DNA of 64,000 nucleotides. Origin: Clostridiaceae bacterium (lineage in GTDB: Bacteria; Bacillota; Clostridia; Saccharofermentanales; DTU023). Location of the stretch: NCBI GenBank assembly GCA_012522435.1, contig JAAYKK010000096.1:13773-77772 (forward strand), in the 5' to 3' direction. A model generated the notes under the pieces. That model was not told the DNA's origin. It searched no databases and was given only the letters and a program-made list of their open reading frames with translations. The position numbers and the translations under genes were made by a program. Of this stretch, positions 19,170-27,007 are shown piece after piece; the stretch's first letter is position 1; every line of letters starts with the position of its first letter.

Positions 19170-19538
19170 ATGTTACGTTCAGATCGTGTTAGTGAAGAAA
19201 TAAAAAAAGTTGCAGCTGAGATTATCCAAAATGAAATAGAAGATCCCAGATTGCCGGATTTTACTACAGTTACCGCAGTTGAAGTAACCAGAGATCTCTC
19301 TTATGCAACGATTTATGTCAGCGCTTTAGGTGACGGAGATCAGATACAAACTACTCTAGATGTTATGGAAAGTGCAAAAAAATTCATCCGCTACCGTGTT
19401 GGACAAGAAGTTCGTCTGCGAAATGTACCGGAATTGAGATTCAAATACGACAATTCAATAGCTGAAGGAAATCGTATGTCGAAAATAATTGATGAAGTAA
19501 TTGCACAGGACAATCTCAATCGTCAATCTAAAGAATAG
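19170..19538 (+). CDS. rbfA: Ribosome-binding factor A
   Basis: 122 aa. RVSEEIKK...DPRL...VEVTRDLSYATIYV pattern and position after infB. Confidence 0.93.
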   Translation: MLRSDRVSEEIKKVAAEIIQNEIEDPRLPDFTTVTAVEVTRDLSYATIYVSALGDGDQIQTTLDVMESAKKFIRYRVGQEVRLRNVPELRFKYDNSIAEGNRMSKIIDEVIAQDNLNRQSKE

Positions 19539-19565
19539 CATTTTGCTATAATTGGTTAATTGTAA

Positions 19566-20645
19566 ATGGAAAAAATTGGTTCACTGAATAGAGTTTTTAA
19601 TGTGCTGTCTGAGCTTTCTCCGCAGCACATTCTTATATTACCGCATGTGAGAATTGATGCGGATGCTCTGGGAGCAAGTTATGGTTTAGCTGAAGCTTTA
19701 GAACAATTAGGAATTCAGACCAGGATTATTTTAGATGAGTATCCGTCAAATAATATAAAGTTTATCAGTCATAACTATTCACTTGATATTTTTTCAGGGA
19801 AACTTTTAGCTCAACTGAAAAAGCCGGATTTAATCATTTTTCTGGATCATAATGAAACTGCAAGATTAAACCAAAGAGCTGAAATTTTGGACAGATTCCC
19901 TGAGGTTGATCTGTTAATTATTGATCATCATTTGATTGCTGAAAAAACTGAACAAGAATTTATCAATAATAAAGCATATCCTCAACGAAAGATTGTTACT
20001 TGGCTTGAATCGGATCGTTCATCTGTTTCTGAGATGGTTGCTGAACTTTATTCGGAGTATAATCAAAACAAAACCGATCTTAGCCCTAAATTTGCTTTGA
20101 ATCACAAGATTGCCTCTTCTTTACTAGCTGGCATATATGGTGATACGGGTGGTTTACGTTATTCAAACACATCCCGTAGGACTTTCGAAATTTGTGCTTT
20201 TTTAATGGAGCATAAACTTGAAGTCAGTTACATTAGTGAACAGTTATTCGGTGAGAAATCGCTTGATCAGCTGAAATTAGTTGGTGAGGTATTTGCTAAA
20301 TCTAATTTGAATCAAGCTGAAAATATGATTTGGTTTACTGTAACAGCAGATTTTCTAGAAAAGTATGATGTGACGCAGGATGATTTGGAAGGACTTTGTT
20401 CCCAGATGAGAGAAGTTGAGAATATTGACTTGGCAGTTTTAATACGAGAAGTTACAACTGGGGAGATCAGAGTCAATTTACGATCCAATGATGCAATTGA
20501 CGTCAGCAATCTTGCTATGAAATTTGGTGGAGGCGGTCATGCCAGAGCAGCCGGAATTACCTTATTAGGCGATTATGATCTTAATAAATTTGAAACCGAA
20601 TTAATCGAGGAAGCGGAGTTAATGCTGAATGGGAAATCAAACTGA
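19566..20645 (+). CDS. DHH/DHHA1 family phosphoesterase (NrnA-like oligoribonuclease/pAp phosphatase)
   Basis: 359 aa. DADALG, IIDHH (DHH motif) and GGGGHARAAG (DHHA1). Confidence 0.85.
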   Translation: MEKIGSLNRVFNVLSELSPQHILILPHVRIDADALGASYGLAEALEQLGIQTRIILDEYPSNNIKFISHNYSLDIFSGKLLAQLKKPDLIIFLDHNETARLNQRAEILDRFPEVDLLIIDHHLIAEKTEQEFINNKAYPQRKIVTWLESDRSSVSEMVAELYSEYNQNKTDLSPKFALNHKIASSLLAGIYGDTGGLRYSNTSRRTFEICAFLMEHKLEVSYISEQLFGEKSLDQLKLVGEVFAKSNLNQAENMIWFTVTADFLEKYDVTQDDLEGLCSQMREVENIDLAVLIREVTTGEIRVNLRSNDAIDVSNLAMKFGGGGHARAAGITLLGDYDLNKFETELIEEAELMLNGKSN

Positions 20646-21615
20646 ATTTAACGGTCTTTTATTAATTGATAAGCATTCAGATATCACTTCATTCGGTATT
20701 ATTTCTCGACTACGAGCTTTAACCGGCATAAAAAAAATCGGTCATTGTGGAACCTTAGATCCTTTTGCAACAGGATTATTGCCTGTTTTATTCGGACGTT
20801 ATACTAAATTGGCGCGTTATCTGGAAGCTGTGGATAAAACTTATCAGGTCAAAATGGTCTTAGGTAGTGCAACTAATACGATGGATCTTACAGGAGAGAT
20901 AACCCACAGATCAGATCCTGATCAATTGAGTCAAAGAATAAACTCGGATGAACTTGCTCAAACTTTACAAGAAATCATAAAAAATGAGTTTATGGGGGAG
21001 ATAGAACAACTTCCCCCTATGTATTCTGCAGTAAAAGTTGCCGGTCAACCATTATATAAATATGCCAGACAAGGTAAAGTTGTTGAACGTAAACCGCGTA
21101 TGGTGACAATTTATCAAGCTGACTTATCTCCTATTTATATGGAAGATCAAGAATGGGTATGTGAAGCTCGGATAAGATGTTCCAAAGGAACATATATCAG
21201 AACCTTGGTCCATGATTTAGGCAAGCAAGCTGAATGCTTTGCCTATGTTAAATCTTTGCGCCGATTGGAATGTGGAAATCTAAGCCTTGGTGAAAACTCA
21301 TACCAACTAAACGCTTTATTTGCTCTTTTTGCAGAATTAAAAGAGGATCAAGCATTGCTGCGTCAAGAAATTGAGACAAAATACTTTTTTCCGATTAAAC
21401 ATGCTTTAGACGAAATACCGACATATAGCTTAAATCAAGATCAAGCCCAAAAAGTAATATATGGACAACCTTTACAATTGACTAATCTTAATCCATTATC
21501 TTCAGCAGCAACTTTTCAATTGTTATATAATGATAAATTGTTGGCTATCGTAAGCTTTGATCCAACAGAATCAGAATTCATTAAATATGAAAGAGTATTA
21601 GCAGATAGGATATAA
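20629..21615 (+). CDS. truB: tRNA pseudouridine(55) synthase
   Basis: GHCGTLDPFATG catalytic Asp motif. C-terminal PUA-like region. 17-nt overlap with the upstream gene. Confidence 0.93.
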   Translation: MGNQTEFNGLLLIDKHSDITSFGIISRLRALTGIKKIGHCGTLDPFATGLLPVLFGRYTKLARYLEAVDKTYQVKMVLGSATNTMDLTGEITHRSDPDQLSQRINSDELAQTLQEIIKNEFMGEIEQLPPMYSAVKVAGQPLYKYARQGKVVERKPRMVTIYQADLSPIYMEDQEWVCEARIRCSKGTYIRTLVHDLGKQAECFAYVKSLRRLECGNLSLGENSYQLNALFALFAELKEDQALLRQEIETKYFFPIKHALDEIPTYSLNQDQAQKVIYGQPLQLTNLNPLSSAATFQLLYNDKLLAIVSFDPTESEFIKYERVLADRI

Positions 21616-21616
21616 A

Positions 21617-22555
21617 ATGAAGATATTTCGTGAATTTCCTTTTCAAGTAGAAGATAAACCCCGAGCCATTGCTTTAGGTTTTTTTGACGGCTTACATCTG
21701 GGTCATCAAAAATTGATTAACGAAATGATTACAATCAGCAAGACTAATAATCTGACGGCGACTGTATTCACCTTTAACGATCACCCTGAAAGCAAATTTA
21801 AAGATAATTTTAAGTTTCCCGGTTTAATCCAAAGTTTCGATCTCAGAGCATTAAAACTACAAGAGATGGGTGTAGATGAAGCTTTCTTTGCACCGATGAT
21901 TTCTCAAGTCAAAGAGATTAGTGCTTATGATTTTTTCCATGAATATTTAGTCGGACAATTTCGCATGAAAGCCCTGATAGTAGGACAAGACGCTCGTTTT
22001 GGCCATAAAGGTTTAGGAAATGTTGAGTTACTAAAACAATGGACTAAAGAAACTGATGTTGAATTAATTATTGTCGGTGATGTAAAAGTTGATGCTCAAA
22101 AGATTTCTTCAACTCTGATCAGGCAGTTAATTGAAACCGGACAAATAAAAAAAGCTAATCAATATTTAGGATACAATTATATTATCCGAGGCAAAGTTAT
22201 TCATGGCAAAAAACTTGGCAGGACTCTAGGTTTTCCTACGATCAATATAATTTTTGATCCTTATTTAGTGAAACCTCGCTTTGGAGTATATATGTCCAGA
22301 GTAAAATATAATGATCACTTATATCCGGCAATAACTTCAATTGGCACTAATCCGACAGTCAGCAGCAGTTCGCAAATTAAAGTTGAAACCTTCATCTATG
22401 ATAAAGAGATCGATTTATATGATGAAGCTGTTTTTGTAGAATTATTGGACTTTATTCGTCCGGAAATTGAATTTGATTCTGTACAAAGCATGAAAGAAAG
22501 AATTTTGCTCGACTTAGAATTAGTAAAAAAGATGCATCAACAAAGCAACAATTAA
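21617..22555 (+). CDS. ribF: Bifunctional riboflavin kinase / FAD synthetase
   Basis: N-terminal GFFDGLHLGHQ (FAD synthetase) and C-terminal GRTLGFPTINI (riboflavin kinase). Confidence 0.93.
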   Translation: MKIFREFPFQVEDKPRAIALGFFDGLHLGHQKLINEMITISKTNNLTATVFTFNDHPESKFKDNFKFPGLIQSFDLRALKLQEMGVDEAFFAPMISQVKEISAYDFFHEYLVGQFRMKALIVGQDARFGHKGLGNVELLKQWTKETDVELIIVGDVKVDAQKISSTLIRQLIETGQIKKANQYLGYNYIIRGKVIHGKKLGRTLGFPTINIIFDPYLVKPRFGVYMSRVKYNDHLYPAITSIGTNPTVSSSSQIKVETFIYDKEIDLYDEAVFVELLDFIRPEIEFDSVQSMKERILLDLELVKKMHQQSNN

Positions 22556-22624
22556 CTCTTGTTCAAAGTTAAGGCTTTATTCATAATAATGAGATAGGGA
22601 TATAATTTAATATAGGAGGTAGAC

Positions 22625-23539
22625 ATGGATCAGTTTCATGTTTCTTTTCCAGGTTTAGGAATTGAAAATTTACTAATAGATCGCATTGCATTTTCTTTTA
22701 ATCTAGGTAGCAGAGAAATCAATATCTATTGGTATGGCATAATTATAGCAACAGCTTTTTTGGTATGTCTTATCTTGTCGGTCAGACAAGCTCCACGTTT
22801 TGGCATAAAGAGTGATGACATGGTTGATACGTTCTTATTAATCATTATCTTAGCTATTATTGGAGCAAGAATATACTATGTAGTATTTTCTTGGCATGAT
22901 TTTTCAGATAATTTATTGAAAATATTCCAAACCAGACATGGCGGTTTAGCATTTTATGGAGGGTTGATCGGTGGAATATTGGCTGTGATTATTATGGCAA
23001 AATACAAAAAAATAAAGCTGATCGACTTTATTGATTTCTTATCCGTTTATGTACCTTTGGGTCATGCTATAGGTCGCTGGGGCAATTTTGTTAATCAGGA
23101 AGCATTCGGTACAAATACAGATTTACCATGGGGTATGTACAGTGAACAAACTTATCATTACCTGGCGCAATATGGTGATAAATATGCTCCATTGTCTCCG
23201 GTTCATCCTACTTTCTTATATGAAAGCCTTGCAACTTTCATTATCTTTCTGATTCTATATCAAATTAGAAAAAACTCTAAACAACAGGGTCAAACAACTG
23301 CTTGGTACTTTATCCTATATGGGATGGTTCGTTTTATCATAGAAGGTTTGCGTACAGATTCACTCTATGTGGGAAATACTGATCTGAGAGTATCTCAAAT
23401 TTTATCATTAGGATTGGTAGTCTTAGGATTTGTAACATTATATATCGGTTCACGTAGTAAAGCCGAACCCGTCATTGAATCTGCTGATTCAGCTGAAACA
23501 TCAGATTTCATCAAGCTTGAAGATTTAGATAACAATTGA
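22625..23539 (+). CDS. lgt: Phosphatidylglycerol--prolipoprotein diacylglyceryl transferase
   Basis: Polytopic. HGGLAFYGG and GRWGNFVNQEAFG signature motifs. Confidence 0.93.
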   Translation: MDQFHVSFPGLGIENLLIDRIAFSFNLGSREINIYWYGIIIATAFLVCLILSVRQAPRFGIKSDDMVDTFLLIIILAIIGARIYYVVFSWHDFSDNLLKIFQTRHGGLAFYGGLIGGILAVIIMAKYKKIKLIDFIDFLSVYVPLGHAIGRWGNFVNQEAFGTNTDLPWGMYSEQTYHYLAQYGDKYAPLSPVHPTFLYESLATFIIFLILYQIRKNSKQQGQTTAWYFILYGMVRFIIEGLRTDSLYVGNTDLRVSQILSLGLVVLGFVTLYIGSRSKAEPVIESADSAETSDFIKLEDLDNN

Positions 23540-23551
23540 TGAGGCAATAAA

Positions 23552-24697
23552 GTGCAAAAAATACAACCTTTAAAATCTCGTACAGATTCATATTTTAAGT
23601 TACTAGATTATTGGCTGATAATCCCCGTGCTCATTTTGACAATTATCGGACTGTATGTCCTGAATTCTGTGTATCAAACCGGCTATGGTGCAGGTGAATA
23701 TCCGGGCAACCTAATCAAGCAGATCGGGGCGGTCATGATTGGTGTGTTGTTGGCATTACTAATCTCATTTGTTGATTTGCCTGTATTAAGTTTAGTCGGA
23801 TATATCACATATGCTCTTAGCATATTTCTCTTGGTTTTGGTTCACATAGATAGTTTTTCAATGGAGGAATTAACCGGTGCCGACAGCTGGATCAGATTTC
23901 CAATTTTTGGTACATTTCAGCCATCTGAATTAGCTAAAGTAGGCATAGCAATGCTAGTTGGGAAATATTTAGCCAAGATAAAAAACGAAGAAATACCTAT
24001 GCTCACCGGTTCAATCTATATTGGTGTAATTGTTAGTATACCTTTGCTGCTTATTGCAATGGAACCTGACTTCGGGACATTTTTTGTTATCTTTTTAATG
24101 GTCCTGGTCATGATATTTGTCTTCGGACTAAAATGGCGCTATATCATTACCGGAGGTGCGGTAGGGATTGTTGCGCTTCCGCTGGCTTGGCAATTTTATT
24201 TAGATGAATATCAAAAAAATCGGATTATGACCTTTTTATTTCCCGGACATGATCCAAACTCAAATTACCACATTGAACAATCTCTCAAAGCCGTAGCGTC
24301 CGGAGGCATTACAGGTAGAGGAAGCGGAGTTGATATTCCTGTACCGGTCAAAGAGTCGGACTTTATTTTCTCTGCAATTTCTGAATATACAGGCTTTATC
24401 GGCACAACTTTAGTCCTGATCTTAATTGTTATATTTTTGTTTCGAGCAATTCAAATTGCCATAAGAATGTCTGAATATGACTTAGCAAGTTCATATCTAA
24501 TGATGGGTTTAGTGGCGGTTCAAGGCTTTCATTTTATTGAAAATATTGGCATGAATGTTGGAGTCTTACCGATAACTGGAATTCCCTTACCATTTATCAG
24601 TAGCGGGGGCAGTTCAATGGTTGTCAATTACTTCATGTTCGGATTAATGTTAAGTATCTCGATTAATTATCAACTGATGGAACAAAGCGATCTCTAG
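23552..24697 (+). CDS. rodA: SEDS family peptidoglycan polymerase (RodA/FtsW-type)
   Basis: 381 aa with about 10 TM segments. QPSELAKV, SGGITGRG, ESDFIFSAISEYTGFIG and PFISSGGSS. GTG start. The RodA versus FtsW assignment rests only on its location outside the dcw cluster. Confidence 0.8.
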   Translation: MQKIQPLKSRTDSYFKLLDYWLIIPVLILTIIGLYVLNSVYQTGYGAGEYPGNLIKQIGAVMIGVLLALLISFVDLPVLSLVGYITYALSIFLLVLVHIDSFSMEELTGADSWIRFPIFGTFQPSELAKVGIAMLVGKYLAKIKNEEIPMLTGSIYIGVIVSIPLLLIAMEPDFGTFFVIFLMVLVMIFVFGLKWRYIITGGAVGIVALPLAWQFYLDEYQKNRIMTFLFPGHDPNSNYHIEQSLKAVASGGITGRGSGVDIPVPVKESDFIFSAISEYTGFIGTTLVLILIVIFLFRAIQIAIRMSEYDLASSYLMMGLVAVQGFHFIENIGMNVGVLPITGIPLPFISSGGSSMVVNYFMFGLMLSISINYQLMEQSDL

Positions 24698-24746
24698 CTG
24701 TTTTCTTTTCTAAAACAATTTTTTATTTTCTGAAAAATACCGGATA

Positions 24747-24796
24747 AAAGTCAACTTTTTGCTCAGAATTGAGAAAAGTTGACTTTGTTATTTTTC
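24747..24796 (+). terminator. Rho-independent terminator after rodA
   Basis: Perfect 13-bp stem AAAGTCAACTTTT / AAAAGTTGACTTT with an inner CTCA/TGAG pairing, followed by a T-rich run. Confidence 0.85.
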
Positions 24797-24873
24797 AGTT
24801 TTTTTATTTTTGGGCGCTCAAATTACATTTCTCTTACTGATCTCTATTATTTCGATTTTTTAGCCGTTTTTAG

Positions 24874-24902
24874 TTGCATAAGGGAGCGAAATAGTCTAAA
24901 AT
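24874..24902 (+). promoter_or_regulatory. Putative dcw (mraZ) promoter
   Basis: TTGCAT (24874-24879), 17-nt spacer, TAAAAT (24897-24902). Confidence 0.6.
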
Positions 24903-24909
24903 GCAATTT

Positions 24910-24956
24910 AAGTGGAGGGAAGTAGCGAGTTTATCACACAAAGTGGTGGAAAGTGG
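24910..24956 (+). promoter_or_regulatory. Phased AAGTGG direct repeats, putative MraZ operator
   Basis: AAGTGG at 24910, AAGTAG at 24920, AAGTGG at 24941 and 24951. Spacing is 10-11 bp. The boxes sit just downstream of the putative -10 element and upstream of mraZ. Confidence 0.6.
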
Positions 24957-24982
24957 TAAATTTAGTTACTTATTGAACGTAA

Positions 24983-25417
24983 ATGGCACGCTATACACAT
25001 ACAGTTGATAAAAAAGGTCGTGTTATTGTTCCGGCAAGATTGAGAGAAAATCTTGACGGCGTTTTATTTGTGACGCTAAGTTTAGATGAAAATTATTTAT
25101 CTGCTTATACTCCTGAGCAATTTAATTCAATTCGCAATCAAATTTCCGGTCTGTCGGGTACAGATCCGGATGTTCGTTTGTTAAAACGAGCAATAATCGG
25201 TGAAGCTGTAGAATGCACCTTCGATGCACAAGGAAGAATCAGCCTCTCGGATAATTTATGGGATTGGATCGGTGTAGAAGCCGGAGAAGAAATCTGCTTT
25301 ATAGACATGTATGACAAAGTAGACATTTGTTCAAAAGAATTTTACGAAAAATCACTAGAAGATATCAGCTCTTTACGAGATTTAGATTTAACAAGATTCG
25401 ATGTACAAGGCCTCTGA
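24983..25417 (+). CDS. mraZ: Transcriptional regulator MraZ
   Basis: 144 aa. Two SpoVT/AbrB-like repeats (DKKGRVIVPARLR and DAQGRISLSDNL). First gene of the dcw cluster. Confidence 0.95.
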   Translation: MARYTHTVDKKGRVIVPARLRENLDGVLFVTLSLDENYLSAYTPEQFNSIRNQISGLSGTDPDVRLLKRAIIGEAVECTFDAQGRISLSDNLWDWIGVEAGEEICFIDMYDKVDICSKEFYEKSLEDISSLRDLDLTRFDVQGL

Positions 25418-26351
25418 TTATCATATACCTGTTCTCTATCAAGAAGTCATAGAGAACTTAGCTATAAAGCCTGACGGATTTTATGTAGATTGCACTGCCG
25501 GAGGTGGTGCGCACAGCTTAGGAATCTTAGAACAGCTATCTTCCACGGGACTTTTGATCTCAATTGATCAAGATCCCGAAGCCTTAGCTGCCACCAAATT
25601 GAAACTTGAAAGTTTAGATCATAATAATACTCAATTTATTTTGGTTCACGACAAATTTTCTGAATTAAAAGATATTTTAGCTGAACGAAACATTGATAAA
25701 GTAGATGGAATCTTAGCAGATTTAGGAGTTTCATCTCATCAAATCGATACTGCTCGACGTGGCTTTTCATACAGAAGAGACGGAGCACTTGATATGAGGA
25801 TGAACCCGAACAATCCTGTTAGTGCAGCTGATTTAATTAACACATCGACTGAAGAAGATCTTGTCTACATTCTCAAAGTATTCGGTGAAGAACGTTATGC
25901 TAATTTAATAGCACGTTCAATTGTCGAAAAGCGAAACCTTAAACCGTTTGAGACAACTATGGACTTGGTTGAGCTGATTAAGTCAGTAATGCCGGCAAGA
26001 AGCAAGAGAGAAAAGCATCCTGCACGGAGAACTTTTCAGGCTCTACGTATAGCGGTAAATCAAGAGCTAAAAGAGCTGGAAAAGTTGTTAGAAGTCATAC
26101 CTCATTGTTTAAACAACAAAGGCAGAGTAAACCTAATTTCTTTTCATTCTTTAGAAGATCGGATTATTAAGAATAAATTTCAGGAATGGGAGAACCCATG
26201 TACGTGTCCTAATGATTTTCCTATTTGTGTTTGCGGTAAAAAACCTCTAGGTAAAATAATTCATCGTAAAGGAATTGTTGCCGGGAAAGAGGATATTGCT
26301 AAAAATAGTAGAGCACGGAGTGCAAGATTGAGAGTATTTGAAATGAACTAA
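25401..26351 (+). CDS. rsmH: 16S rRNA (cytosine1402-N4)-methyltransferase
   Basis: HIPVLYQEV, DCTAGGGAHS, DLGVSSHQ and SFHSLEDR motifs. Confidence 0.95.
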   Translation: MYKASDYHIPVLYQEVIENLAIKPDGFYVDCTAGGGAHSLGILEQLSSTGLLISIDQDPEALAATKLKLESLDHNNTQFILVHDKFSELKDILAERNIDKVDGILADLGVSSHQIDTARRGFSYRRDGALDMRMNPNNPVSAADLINTSTEEDLVYILKVFGEERYANLIARSIVEKRNLKPFETTMDLVELIKSVMPARSKREKHPARRTFQALRIAVNQELKELEKLLEVIPHCLNNKGRVNLISFHSLEDRIIKNKFQEWENPCTCPNDFPICVCGKKPLGKIIHRKGIVAGKEDIAKNSRARSARLRVFEMN

Positions 26352-26379
26352 ACTGACTTCACTATGAAATGAGACAGTT

Positions 26380-27003
26380 ATGAATAATTATCAAAATACT
26401 AATTTAGCATACAAATTAAATAATTCGGATTTAGATAGATATTATTCTCAAAGATATAACAATTCAAATGCCGTTCCTAAAATCCCTTATGACATACCGG
26501 ATAGACGCCGTGAAGAGTACGAACGTATAAAACGTAAGCGTAGAATACAAGAGCGCCAAGTTTCACTTAAGATGCGTTCTATTTATCGTGCAGTCGGGAT
26601 TGAAAGAGCAAAGACTGTTTTCAGTATTATTGCCCTGGTGTTAATTGTGGCGTCTCTGTTTGCCTTCGTTATGGTCCGTCAATCAAAAATAGTTGAACAA
26701 AATTTTTCAAACACAAGATTAATTAATAAAGTTAGCGAAATAAATTCATCAAATTCAGAAAATTATGAGGAATTATTATCCAGAATAGATCTCCAAGAAA
26801 TTGAGCAGCAAGCTTTCCAATTATATGGTCTTAGAAAACCTGCACAATCCCAAAGAATTCATATGAGTCTTCCCGATATAGATCGAGTTGTACGTTATAA
26901 CAAAGATGGCACTGAAATAGACGAAGACTTGCCAGAGAATACGATCGTTTTTGATGCCAGTCAAATTGAAACATATATGAAAAGACTTAGGTTGCAGGAT
27001 TAA
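26380..27003 (+). CDS. FtsL-like bitopic cell-division protein (positional assignment)
   Basis: 207 aa. Basic cytoplasmic N-terminus, a single TM helix (VFSIIALVLIVASLFAFVMV) and an extracytoplasmic coil. It occupies the ftsL slot between rsmH and the class B PBP. It is longer than a typical FtsL. Confidence 0.6.
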   Translation: MNNYQNTNLAYKLNNSDLDRYYSQRYNNSNAVPKIPYDIPDRRREEYERIKRKRRIQERQVSLKMRSIYRAVGIERAKTVFSIIALVLIVASLFAFVMVRQSKIVEQNFSNTRLINKVSEINSSNSENYEELLSRIDLQEIEQQAFQLYGLRKPAQSQRIHMSLPDIDRVVRYNKDGTEIDEDLPENTIVFDASQIETYMKRLRLQD

Positions 27004-27007
27004 CTAA

